A stretch of DNA of 49,795 nt, filler included, from Sphacelaria rigidula (taxonomy: Eukaryota): NCBI GenBank assembly GCA_964200075.2. It is 3 parts of 3 records of this genome, joined end to end, with 100 filler letters (N's around TTAATTAATTAA, not from the genome) between each part and the next. Parts side by side here need not be neighbours in the genome. Positions count along the whole stretch, not along the records: positions 1 to 16,537 come from CAXNAA020001321.1; positions 16,638 to 33,173 come from CAXNAA020001322.1; 1 more part is not named here. One strand, written 5' to 3'. Position numbers and translations under genes: made by a program. Below, in pieces: positions 12,340 through 23,851 of the stretch. Numbering within the stretch: position 1 is the stretch's first letter; every line of letters starts with the position of its first letter. The notes under the pieces were generated by a model. It was not told where the DNA came from. It worked only from the letters and a program-made list of their open reading frames with translations, and made no database searches.

Positions 12340-12450
12340 GTTGCTATTGCTATTGCTATTGCTATTGCTATTGCTATTGCTATTGCTATTGCTATTGCTA
12401 TTGCTATTGCTATTGCTATTGCTATTGCTATTGTTATTGTTATTATTGTT
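12340..12450. repeat. (GCTATT)n microsatellite
   Basis: Directly visible. Confidence 0.95.
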
Positions 12451-13544
12451 CCCCCACTACCAGCTGTTTGTTTTCTCTTCTTTCTGGTGCTAGACACTTC
12501 TTTCGCTTTGTCATCGTATTTCTCATCGTTCACAGGAGGCCGCCCTTCAAATCAAGATCGTGGTGGTGGAACTGGCGGGAGAGCACGCGCCGAACACAGT
12601 TTGGGTAAGCTAACTCTATAAATCCGGCCGAAGCCGGCGGTGTTGTTCTCGTGTTTTTTTTTTCAAAAAATTGTTTTGAAACGTTAGGGAGAGAACGCCT
12701 GCTGAACGCTTTTGTAAAATCGGCGTTGTTGCGTTGAATTAATTTCATTTTTTTTAAAGTGACTTTACCCCTCAAACCGAGGCGGGTGCAACAGATTCTC
12801 ATACGCTTTTATTCTACTTTTTTTTTCTGTGCATGCGCAGACGGTTGGAATTCTTGCTCGGGCAGTCTCACCATGATGTATTCTTTACTTGCTCGTTTTT
12901 TCACGGGTTCCTTGCAAACGCTCGGGGGTTCTTGTCTTGTCTCTCCCGTGCAGGTATTGGACATTTTGTCTGCCTTTCGTTTTTACTCAGTCCGCTCTGT
13001 TTATTCTGTCATTCTCCATCTTCTCCCTTTCTCGAGTTTCCTTGAGGCAGTGTCTCTGTCATTGTATTTACCTTGGGTACGGCCTACCTTGTGGAATATG
13101 ATCACGGCTGTATTACTTGAGGATGACCTTACGTAAGACAGCGCGACAATCATTCAGTCTATGCAGTGACGATAGAGTGGTCGTGTTCACCAATGTGGCC
13201 CTTGCTTACGCCGCGGAACACGACAGGCGAGGTGCAGCGATCTGTAATGCACATAGTCGCTGAAAACGTTTCCTCTCGGTAAGTAGTATGTAGCACGTGC
13301 TTTGCCTCTGGGCAAGTCCTGAGTCGAGCAAAAGTAAGATGCGGCAGGTAGGCTACAGCATTTGACTATATCTGGTACCACAGCATGAGCAACAGCTCCG
13401 TACAAGCAGAAATTTTCGAGGTAGCTACTGCACGCAACAGCATCACTCAGCAGCTGCTTCCGCTGCTTCTGCTGCTGCTGCTGCTGCTGCTGTAATGTGC
13501 ATCACACGGTCACTTCAGTACCGGACGCCTGAACTAATTCTTGT

Positions 13545-13815
13545 TCATTTTTTTTCTTCTCGGGACTACTCTCCGGCAGAACTCGCAAGTGCTAGCGTCG
13601 GTAGAGTTTGGAAAAGTGGACAGATCGTCTTTCCCCCCCCCCCCCCCCCCCCCCCCCCCCGCCTGCTTTTTTTTGTTCCTCCGGCCTTGACGCTGGGCAT
13701 ACCNNNNNNNNNNTTTTTTTCTTCTCGGGAACTCTCCCCGGCAGAACCCGGCATGGTTCGTCTTGGTAGGATTTTGAAAAGTGGACAGATCGTCTTTCCC
13801 CCCCCCCCCCCCCTC
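13545..13815 (+). repeat. Two diverged tandem units ending in poly-C, on either side of a 10-N gap
   Basis: TTTTCTTCTCGGGA...GGCAGAAC...GAAAAGTGGACAGATCGTCTTTCCCCC occurs twice with internal differences. Confidence 0.75.
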
Positions 13816-14189
13816 CAGTGCCCAAGGTTGTTGTACTTGTTGTCATCGGGCGATACGAGTAGACATCCCGTTTATCAGACGGATGTTTTTGACCGTAAAT
13901 CACAGTTTTTCGGCTCTAGTGCAATGAGTAGGTATAATTCGAAAAATAATTCTGTACATTTCTTCACAAATACGATCGGGACAGGCTCGATCGACCGAAA
14001 GCACCGAAGAGTCAGAATCTGCGCTGAAACGTGCCAGGACCCCCGATGACTGGTCAGCCCGTAAGTCACTCAATATTGAGTACACCTTACTTTATTTTCT
14101 CGGAATGTGGAGCGGGTACAAATATTTTGAGATCCCCAACGCACGATAATAACAATTGAGGTAAGCAATGAATATATAATACTTCGTAT

Positions 14190-15720
14190 AAATTAATTAA
14201 TTAATAATTTATTAGTTGGTTGGTTGGTTGGTTGGGAATGGATGGTATGGTTTGTTGAATTTTATTTATTGGACAAGGGGAGACAATTTTTAGTAGGGGT
14301 TGTTGAGGTTGAACTATTATTTTTTGGAAGAAGGGAACACAATATGATGAGCGGTGGCAATCGGAAGAGCCTCAGCAAATCGCCGACTCCGAAAAAAACC
14401 ACGAAGACATCACAAAATGAATAGTTCTAGTTCAGGCGCCCACTACTGCACCTACTTCAGTATGTGGCCGTTGGGTTAGGTGTGATGATCGGTGGTGACT
14501 CACCACATGCATCCGTTGGTCATGTTCCATTTCCCCATGACATATTCTACCTGCGCCCGGGGCCTGCCCCATTTCATAAAAACATTATTGTAGGTGGGTC
14601 TGAGAGGAGTAGAAAACAGCTGAGTCCAACATCCCGGTCTGGTTTACGGAAAAGGAGGATGGGCTTCGTGAGGTCACAGCAGTAGGGATACGTGCGAGGA
14701 GCCCGTTTAATTATAAAGGCAACAGGAAATAATGTACCCACCCTACTCCACCCCTTATTTGTTGGCATAGCATTGCACATAACCTCCGATAATCACGCCG
14801 TAGTGCAGGATAAGGCTTCAGTTAAGTACGACAGTAGTGCAGCGAACCGGGGTCATGATCCAAATCAGTCTTGTGGGGAGAGGTTAATGAAGTCATGCTA
14901 GAGTTTGTGCCAAAAAATAACGATCTTCCCCCGCCGCCCCCACCACCATATGCCGGCGGTCACTGTCAGCGAATTCCTCCCGGCAAGTTCGAAGGCTTGG
15001 CGGAGAATCGCAAGATCATGGTGCTCCGACACTTGCGCAGTTTGGTAGTGGCATACGACAACCTCAGCGAGCTCAGCCGCAGGGATCTCACCACTGCACT
15101 GGAGATCATAAAGAATCGCGAAGTGCTTAATAAGGTGAGGAGCGATGGGTGGGTGGGGCTTGCAGCACACGCATGTGCCGATGGCGTCAGCTGGATCTTT
15201 GCATGAAACGGCACCCCGACACAGGGTGCGGTGAGGCTCCAATATTTACAAGCGATGTAGATCTTGACTGGTACCAATTGGAAACTGGTCAGGGCTGAGT
15301 ATGGGACGTTTGGATCCTTAGCTGATTTAATTCTGTTTTTTTTTCCTTCTTCTCACAAAGTATCTAACTGCATTCGTTGATTATGTGGGGATGTGAGCAG
15401 CGGTGGAAATTGGGTGGAAAGGAAAGTCAACACGATGTGGGAGCGCTGATGGTCATGATCCAAACGAGATATCAAAATGTCAGGCATGTGCATGTGACGG
15501 GGGAGAAAGAAATGGATCCCTTTGGGAATGAGGACTTGTCCCGAGGAGGAGGAGAAGTTAAAGTGTTGCTCAACAATGTCGTCGTTGTTCCTCTGTGCAA
15601 GTGTGTTGTCATGTGATTATTAATAGTGCAGAATTGATCGCAGATCTCAGAATATGGAAGCTCCCACCCATCTTGTGTCTCACACGAAAACTTGGGACAA
15701 TGCAGTAGTTCCCTGCACAA
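14190..15720 (-). pseudogene. Decayed 3' portion of a probable non-LTR retrotransposon
   Basis: Broken protein-like frames, including LLHCPKF (resembling the C-terminal zinc motif of LINE ORF2) and ORF 14898-15242. Followed on the minus strand by an A-rich, (CCAA)n/(TTAA)n tail at about 14330-14190. Confidence 0.4.
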
Positions 15721-16537
15721 GGCGTTGACAGTTCTCGCACAAACACTACAGTGACTTCATCAACCCCTCCGTCACGAGACCGTGATTTGGATGATGACCG
15801 TAGTTCGTTTCACTACTACCGTACCTAGGGTTAGCTTGAGCGTTATTTAAAAAATGTTTCAACCACGGATACGGATACTTGTGACGCCGAACTGAGACAA
15901 ACCCACCTGCATTGAGCAAGCCGAATCGTGACTGTTTTTCATGATATGTGGTCATACAGTACCGCGTCGACGAAACTCAATTATTAGGAGTAGCTGCGTG
16001 GGTTCCACGATTTATTCTGCCGGTGCCCATGTTAGCGCCGCTGCCGGAGACGGTGCTCACAGAGAGGAGAGTAGTCGCCTGTTGTGGGAAGGGGGAGAGA
16101 TGAGCGATCGTAGTCGGTATGCCAGCAAAGTCAGCTCTAGTTTCTGTCTGCAGATTTTGATGTTCTACAAGGTGTTTCTCTGGGCGGTAGCGTCTACTGT
16201 GTCGGCGCTATCCCCGGTGCGCATCTCTGTCACTCTAAATCTTGCGCTATCTATCTCGACCACTATACGACGTGTGGACTTCCGAAACTTCGTGAGCCAG
16301 GTGTGGATGTTGTCTCGATCACTGTGTGGTCATCCTCCAGAAGTATTGTTTTACGGCTTCGCTAGCGTCAGGCCGGACGCTATGGCACCCAGATTTTTGG
16401 CCGACGGATTGTTCACTTTTGGGATGTTCGACCCACCTTTTGACCCCCAAACGGGGAAAATCAACGGGGAAAACCCCAAACAGGCGGGGGTCGGCAAGCA
16501 CAGATTTTTGCGCACGAACTTTTGTTCAGCGGCCAAT

Positions 16538-16637
16538 NNNNNNNNNNNNNNNNNNNNNNNNNNNNNNNNNNNNNNNNNNNNTTAATTAATTAANNNNNNN
16601 NNNNNNNNNNNNNNNNNNNNNNNNNNNNNNNNNNNNN
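16538..16637. other. Artificial scaffold linker
   Basis: 44 N + TTAATTAATTAA (stops in all six frames) + 44 N; identical design at 33174-33273. Confidence 0.97.
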
Positions 16638-16879
16638 GATATCGTCATCGACACGCGTGTACACCGCATTTCGTTGGGTGCACCTAGCCAGAGTTGCGTA
16701 ACCCTTGGACCGCGGTGCCCGTAGTCCATCTGGACCACGCGTGTACTTTTTCCAAGTGAATATTGATGCCGATTCGGCAGATGACCTACTCTCGCGGTCT
16801 GACGGTCAAGTTTTCCTGCGGAGTTTGGGGGAGTAAGATACTTTCGCTTTGTGTTACTCTTTCGCATCTTCCCTGCAAT

Positions 16880-18130
16880 AGAGAAATGCGACTTCAGCCC
16901 CATTATAGTGTTGAACCCCAAAATTTAAAATCGGCTGTTATATCGCGTGTCAGTTCCGAGAGTTATGCTATGAAAGATCGTATGGGAAACCGCCAGTGCG
17001 TCATGAAGCTGAAAAAACAGCCTTCAACAGAGGATTCTATAAAATGAGGTTCATCAATGAAATGAGGTTCGAGCTCAAACAGAACTTTCTCCACGCTATC
17101 AGCGATGGTGCCCAATGACGTTTTTGTTGGCCTAATGCCCCTAGATCGCGTAGATACTTCTCCAGCGCATTTTATCGACTCTGCGAGCTTACAGCGCTGT
17201 CCAAAACCGCCACTTCTGCTTATTTTTTTGGGGGGGTGATATCAGGGAAAACAGCAGTTTCGGTCAGCGCTGTAAGCTCACAGAGTCGGTAAAATGCGTT
17301 GGAAAAGTATCTACGTGATCGAGGGGCATTAGGCCGACAAAAAAGTCATCGGGCACCATCGCTGGAAGTGTGGAGAAAGTACTGTTTTGGGCTCGAACCC
17401 CATTTCATTGATGAACCTCATTTTATTGAATCCTCTGTTCTTCTCATTTTCCTTGTTTTTTTTCGTTTTTTTCGGGCAGTTTTGACGAGAAATCAACACT
17501 GCTCTACGGCCTCATCTCAATTTTGTAGCTCAGTTTTAAGAATCGTGATTTCAAACTTAGCGTGGAGAATTGCGAAGGTGTGCAGACTAAAAAAACGAGC
17601 CCCTTTTTTTATAGAGGTTAGGGCGTTAATGTGAATAAATGGTCATTACCATACTACAAAGCCCTAAACCAGTTAAAAGCATGGAGAAAAATCAACCTGA
17701 CCCACTTTGTTTTGTGATATATGTCCTTGCGACGGCCGACACAAAGTTTCAATACACAAGTACCAAACGTGGGTCGCTAAGTGGCCAGGAAAATACTGTT
17801 GCGAACTTCTACTGACCCCGTCATTAAACGGGCCATTAGCCAGCCAATATTTTAAGTTGGACCCTAAAAATTGGTATGGAAAATGCATGGAGCATAATAA
17901 AACACATTGCTGGTGCGCACAAGTTCTTTCTTAATTAGTTGAGGACAATTTTCAGTTTTCAGGTATCAGTACAACAATGCCCCTAACTCACGAAGAAGGA
18001 ACCACATGCAACTGGTGATTGTTTTCATTATGCCCTAGTCATTGTCCATGTAGAAATTATAGGGTCCAACTCTCAATATTGGCCGGCTAATGGGCCTTCA
18101 CACTATCAATTCGCTTCTCGGCTGGCTCAG
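16880..18130 (+). mobile_element. Non-coding interspersed element, copy 1 (homologous to about 41990-44340 on the minus strand)
   Basis: Blocks ATATCGCGTGTCAGTTCCGAGAGTT, CAGTTTTGACGAGAAATCAACACTGCT, TTACCATACTACAAAGCCCTAAACCAG and GCCAATATT...CCCTAAAAATTGGTATGGA match, in order, the reverse complement of about 44320, 44150, 42880 and 42290. Confidence 0.75.
17028..17437. mobile_element. Fold-back MITE inserted in the element above
   Basis: Inverted arms of about 180 bp, ending CAGAGGATTC...GAATCCTCTG. Confidence 0.9.
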
Positions 18131-18420
18131 CTCGAATGATGAATAATACAATATCGTCTAAATGCTACCGGCGTGATGTTGGAAAAAGAAAGTATCGGCC
18201 AAGCGTAGATCTACCCCTCTTTGCTTGGTTACATCGGACCTGAGAGAAACAACATATATATCAGCACGATATAATAACCCGAGTATTATTTATGTGAAAG
18301 GGTGACGGACACCCGTGGCAATTTCCCTTTTTATGTGGTGGTATCCCCCCCCCCCGACGTAATGGTCACACGACTAAGGCAAGCAACAAATAATGAGTAC
18401 GCCCCCCCCCGCCGTCCTCA

Positions 18421-18703
18421 AACAACCACGTTTTCGTGACAATGAGAATACAGCCCTGATTGAGAGTAGTTGCTTTTTTTGTCATTCGCTTCAACATGGT
18501 CATTTATTCATCCCGTGTGTGCTTTTCTTTGCCTCTATCACTAGTGTGTGCTTACAGGTACACGTCGGTGTCCTACACAGGGATATCAAGGGCCTCAGTG
18601 GCAAGCTACTACAGAAAGCATTTCGGGCCTAATGGAGGGGCATTTCGGAACTGAAACGAGTTGTTGTCGTTGTTGCTGGTGCTGGTGCTGGGGCTGGTGG
18701 TGC

Positions 18704-18742
<39 letters not shown>

Positions 18743-18853
18743 CTTCACATTAAAAACCGTTCTGATATCTGCGCGGTAAACGAGTCAGTCACTCATTGAC
18801 CGATTTTCACTCTCAATCGTATCCTCTACTCTCAATCTCACGAAAACATTGTT
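18421..18853. mobile_element. MITE family A, copy 1 (interrupted by a retroposon tail)
   Basis: TIR GTTTTCGTGA...TCACGAAAAC and internal GATATCAAGGGCCTCAGTGGC shared with copies 2 and 3. Confidence 0.8.
18661..18775 (-). mobile_element. Extreme 3' end of a LINE-like retroposon with (CAA)n tail
   Basis: Reverse complement CGCAGATATCAGAACGGTTTTTAATGTGAAGACAACAACAAC matches 33780-33825. Confidence 0.75.
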
Positions 18854-19300
18854 TTACGCAGTTTGTACAGGTGATCTTTCTTTGCCGACTGGAGGTGACG
18901 CTGCTTGTGCCTGGTACTTTTTTTAACATGCCATCCCCATGCGGTGGGCTGCCAAGCCACGGTTATAATCTCCGCACAAGATGTTTGTCCGTGAGCTCGT
19001 AAAAAAGTCGGTTGCTGGTCGCCGAACACGTTTTCAATCGCTTCCCACTTACTTTTTTAACCCTTTTTTTGGCCCGCTTCCCTTTGGGGCTTGCTTTCTC
19101 GTGTTCGGGGCTATGCAGCAATTATTACCAACTACTGAACGAGGCGAAATTTGTCATTTTCGCAGTTGGCGATTTTCAAAACTTTTTTCGCGTCTTCTCG
19201 CGTGCCACCGCTCAGTTTAATAATAGTATTAACCGGCTCCAGCATAATTGAGTAGTAATGAAGGATTGCGAGAAAATGGAAAATACCCACATGAGAAAAT

Positions 19301-19600
19301 AACAACGTTTTCGTGAGATTGAGAGTAGAGCGCCGATTGAGAGTGGCTTCGATCATTCGCTTTGATTTGGGCAATTTTTCATCCCGTGTGTGCTTTGCTT
19401 TACCTCCGTCACTGGCGTGTGCTTACAGCTACACGTCGATATCCTACTCGGGGATATCAAGGGCCTCAGTGGCGATTTACCACAGAAAGCATATTGGGCC
19501 TTGTGGATGGGAATTTCGGAACTGAAACGATTTATTTACTATTCGACCGCTTTCCACTCTCAATCGTATCCTCTACGCTCAATCTCACGAACACGTTGTT
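19301..19600. mobile_element. MITE family A, copy 2 (complete)
   Basis: AACAACGTTTTCGTGAGATTGAGAGTAGAG ... CTCTACGCTCAATCTCACGAACACGTTGTT. Confidence 0.88.
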
Positions 19601-20113
19601 AAATGTAGAGGGGATGTTATTGACCCTTTTCTTTTTTCCTTGGCTCTAGCCCAATGAATATGTAGAAATCCAATAAAAGGATCCGTTATTTATTCAGAAT
19701 GATAGGGATTGGCTCACCTCCTATACTATATACGCAGCTCACTTCGGCACTCTCCGTAGTTCAGTATCCATTCTTTCTGGTACTTCCTGAGTACTTGAAA
19801 CTGCGGGAAATGGTCGACATTTGGAAAATAAGCAGGTCGTTCTCAGGACGCATCAATCCTCACGTCGGTGTTGCCGGGATGGTACGGAGTAGGGACCTCG
19901 TTTTTGAGGGGGATTTATTGACCGTCATGGGTCCAATCAAAAGATGATTGGGAAGACACTCGAGCAAGGTTGAACATGGATTTTACTCCTTTCAGCGAGC
20001 GTGGTCCTTTTCAGCGTTGCTTGAATATCGGGTATAGCTTGGGTAGTAAGGCGCAGTTATTTTCAACGTTAGAGACGTATGATGCGTGTACGTATATCTG
20101 CGTATCTACATCC

Positions 20114-20382
20114 AACAATGTTTTCGTGAGATTGAGAGTAGTAGATGATACGATTGAGAGTGGCTTTGATCATTCGCGTGAAGTGCGTCATTTTTTTATT
20201 CCACGTGTGCTTTTCTTTTTTACCTCCATCATCACTTGCGTGTGCTTACAGCTACACGTCGATATCCTACGCAGGGATATCAAGGGCCTCAGTGGCCAGC
20301 TATTGCAGAAAACATGTTNNNNNNNTGACCGCTTTTCACTCTCAATCGTATCATCTACTCTCAATCTCACGAAAACACTGTT
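20114..20382. mobile_element. MITE family A, copy 3 (contains a small N gap)
   Basis: Same TIRs and internal sequence as copy 2. Confidence 0.85.
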
Positions 20383-20699
20383 AAGAGTGTCAAGCTTAGG
20401 GTCAGGGGCGCCGTCCCTGCAGAGACTGGCCCGAGTGGTCTTGAAAAATATCGATCCCGGGGTGTTCAAAGTCCGATGCGGTCGAAACAGCAAGCGGTTT
20501 TCCTACACATTACAGTATCCTAGACGACCAGTAAGCCCGTAAGTAACTCAAAGTTGGTCACGACTGGTGAAAGAAAAATCGTGTCATCTACTACTAAAGC
20601 CCAAGCTCAACTCCAGCCATACTCCCCATCAACCCAAATTTAAACGTTGCGATGCCGTTTGTAGCCAAATTTCCTGGCTCATACGAGGTGCCATTACTG

Positions 20700-21760
20700 G
20701 CTCGTGCCGCTGGCGCCATGCACTCTGATGGATAGCTATGCCTGCAAGCACTGCGTGGACAAGGATAGATTCCAAGGCATAGTGCTGTTGTTTGTGCGTG
20801 GTTATTGAAACGTTTCCGCCAGCATTTTCCCACGCACAAATTCAGTATTCCGCCGCCGTCAGGGTAAGTTCTCACCAGCAAGAACACACCGCGAGCCAAA
20901 CGTTTCGACATTTCCGCCGCATTTTCCCAAATAGCCGTGCACAGCGCTGTGTGAAACACAGCGCTTTGGTGGTGGACTAGGAATGGGGAAGCGGAATGTG
21001 CAGTCGACAGGCAAATAGTTCTAGTAGTGATGGGAGGTGGCAGGCTCAGCAGGAGGAGTACGATTCACGACCATTGGCGTACGGGATGATGAGGGATGAC
21101 GATACAGCAGTCAACAGTACGCACGATTACTTTTCCACCCCAAGATCGCCGGCCCAGGCTCCAGAATCAGGTGCTCGTTTCCCGTCAGGCTGTGACATTC
21201 TTCGCTCTTACTGTTGCCAGACCAGCAACAGTAACCGATCGCCTATTCTTTCAGACTCGCATGTCATGTAGCGAGATGCTATTGTTCTATGAATGTACTC
21301 AATGCGTCACCCTGTAGCGGGCTGCCTAAAACTCGCAACCGACTGTCGGACATGGGGATGCTTCCGCAATCGGTGCCAACCATTTCCCCTTGGGAAATCG
21401 GTTCGTTGCTCGGTGGAAGGTTGGGGGGGAGCCCAATAATCATCGGTCGGTGCCAACTTCCCCATTGTTAATAATGCTGGGGAATCGATTCCATGAAGTC
21501 GTTTGGCGGCAAATGCTTGGCCAGATGTACAATTTCTTCTGCGTCTACACACTGTTGGGAATAGGACAAATTACGTAATCTGCAGGAATATCTTCGTATG
21601 AATTTCAGCTCCGTAACAACCTTAGAGTACGGTATATCTTGTAACCGTCTAACGAAATCTTCACCTTGGGTAACCGTTCAGTACATATCTTTGACCATCC
21701 ACGCAGGTCAGGAGATTCTCGGCTCATTGAGGTGTACAATGTGCCAACACAGCTGCAGCA
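20700..21760 (-). pseudogene. Possible decayed retrotransposon gag remnant
   Basis: Stop-riddled frames read KGKWLAPIAEA...DSRLRVLGSPLQGDALSTFIEQ (capsid-like L-x-G-x-A), QGEDFVRRLQDI and CPRSACRHSYPSEC (knuckle-like). Visual resemblance only. Confidence 0.3.
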
Positions 21761-22516
21761 GGAAGACACTGAAGCCAAGCAACTAGAATGCGCAGCTTGC
21801 AGTAGATGTACCGTAAAAGCTGACACGACTAGCACTCCAGCCGTAGGTTGACTCAGATGATACAAGCGGAGTACACGTGCGCCCTGTGAAGCAGAATGAT
21901 TCCGGTTCTCACGAGAAATGGCAGCGTTGTGGTGACGGTCCTAACCCCCCCCCGCTCGCTCCTCACCCTCCTACAGCTTTCTCCTTTCAGAAGAGAGTGT
22001 GTGTTTCATACTGTCTTGGCCAAAAAAGCACCCCTAAGTACCATTTTTTAATCGTTTGTTTGCTGACGCAGAAGGAAATAGTAGGCCTCACAGCCAGCGT
22101 TCATCTGCAGCAATCCTATCCACAGAGATAGGAGGTATATCTCTTGACAGTACCACACCATACGAGCCTTCAACACACACCCTCACCTCCATCATGGCCT
22201 TTCTAAAATTGCACAACCTGAGTGTGAAGCGTTCACGTTGAAGCTTCAAGTCAACGGTGCTCCTTAAAAGTGAAGCTTCAACGGCTGACCTCGAGTTGAA
22301 CCTCTTATTATTTGAAGGTTTTCCCTTCAAAGCGAGTCGCCAAGGTGAACGTCGAACCTTGGGTCGAAAGTAACTTGGGACACGGAATCTTATATATTGG
22401 GAATTGATCTTTTATTGGCGGTGAGAAACCCGGAGAATTGAAATCTTCGTATCCACACCAAATTTTCGTAGTATGATTCCATTGCTTCACTTACTGATAA
22501 CTTTTGACAACTGCTA

Positions 22517-23109
22517 TGAAAGAAGTGTGGCTTTGTCTTGTGTATCACACACAAGGTTCAACTGTCCAGAAGACAGGAACACGGTTCACCGAGTGAACCT
22601 AGCTCTAACAAGAGAGCTAACAGAGGCTGCACAGTGTTGTTAAACACTTGCTCGTGCAATAAAAGAAGATAAGATGTTTTGAGGTTGGCGCTTTATTTGG
22701 CCGAACAAACACAATAAAAAACGCTTGGTCTCTTATTAACGCAAAGACCAACAACAAGCTGATAGGCTTGATTGAGTGGAGAAAAATGGAGAGTGACCAC
22801 AAGGTGGCATCTCAGAAAACGGTGCTAGCTCAACCAAACCTTTCGTACTATAAACTGTACGACCTGAACTCTATGACCATGCACTCTACATCCATAAACT
22901 CTTGATACTGTAGACTGCTCGACTCAAGCTATTCACTATTCTGACATCAACAGTCCGACCTATCCATTCGCCAATCCTTCATAACCCTACGGCTAAAACC
23001 CCTTCATACTGTCTGTACTACGTTCTACGTATGTTACTGTTCGTGCTGAACCGTAACGTAATCTTCCGCTAAAGTTGTATGTATCCATGAAATAGATTTC
23101 CTTCCAACA
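22517..23109 (-). repeat. 3' LTR (593 bp)
   Basis: Identical to 28699-29290 except one substitution (about 22561) and one extra A in an A-run (about 22720), by manual comparison. Confidence 0.98.
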
Positions 23110-23117
23110 CACCCCCT
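23110..23117 (-). promoter_or_regulatory. Polypurine tract (PPT)
   Basis: AGGGGGTG lies immediately before the TGTTGG start of the 3' LTR on the minus strand. Confidence 0.85.
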
Positions 23118-23272
23118 GAAAACTATTTCCATATCTTGATGAAAAAATTAAAAATAAACATGATCATACAGGAAACATAAGCAAACAAATGATAAAACTC
23201 TTCTGCATAAAAAGAACTTAAATAAACTTCCCCGCAGATATCCTCTCAATTATACTAGTCAACACGAACTTA

Positions 23273-23782
23273 CTACATTTGCCACGAAGTTACCACATTC
23301 GGATCCCTATTATATATACTCGAACGAAATATAGGTTGAATGGTTGATGTTGTTGCGTTGACTCTAGAAACTATAGCTCCATGAATCCTTTTCAGTAAAA
23401 TAAAATCAAACTCATCGACGTCTTCCTTGTACCATGCCTTACATAAAAAATTGAATATCTTGGGATCTAAAACAAAAAGTAAATCACTATTTTTATAAAG
23501 TGCTGGAAGACTCACAAGAAAGGTAAAAATTGTAGGGTAAATACTGGTATCCATAAATCCTATCTTTTTAAGATCGTGTGCCATTTGTCTCCTCCCGAAC
23601 TCCGACTGCCCTGGTACCAAAATATCCTCCACTAAATTTCCTCTCTCTTCCCAAACACTTCTACTAGCTTCTTGTCTAGTGACGTTGATTCTTGCGTGGT
23701 GGCGATGCGAGCGTCGACGGTGTCCAGAACGTCTCGTGGTGTTGTGGATGTCGTTGCCGTCGTTGCCGATACGTTCAGCCAT
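23273..23782 (-). CDS. Extra 169-aa ORF of unknown function between pol and the 3' LTR
   Basis: ATG-initiated, same strand and frame as gag-pol, and fills most of the pol-to-PPT interval in AT-rich sequence. No family recognised. Confidence 0.55.
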   Translation of the reverse strand: MAERIGNDGNDIHNTTRRSGHRRRSHRHHARINVTRQEASRSVWEERGNLVEDILVPGQSEFGRRQMAHDLKKIGFMDTSIYPTIFTFLVSLPALYKNSDLLFVLDPKIFNFLCKAWYKEDVDEFDFILLKRIHGAIVSRVNATTSTIQPIFRSSIYNRDPNVVTSWQM

Positions 23783-23851
23783 TCCTTGAATTGCGATGTT
23801 GAAAGCGATGCTGATCTCTCCTCCTCGTCAGTATACGCCCCACTTGAATAG

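Noticed and set aside
11011..12621. Poly-Y/N/I/L and AI/CY-repeat ORFs (also 37098-37519 and 33737-34384)
   Set aside because: They are translations of microsatellites or run through repeat tails.
13545..13815. Assembly duplication across the N gap
   Set aside because: The two units differ at many positions, so they are more likely true diverged repeats.
16582..16593. TTAATTAATTAA as a biological palindrome or piggyBac site
   Set aside because: It is centred in N runs twice with identical geometry, so it is a synthetic linker.
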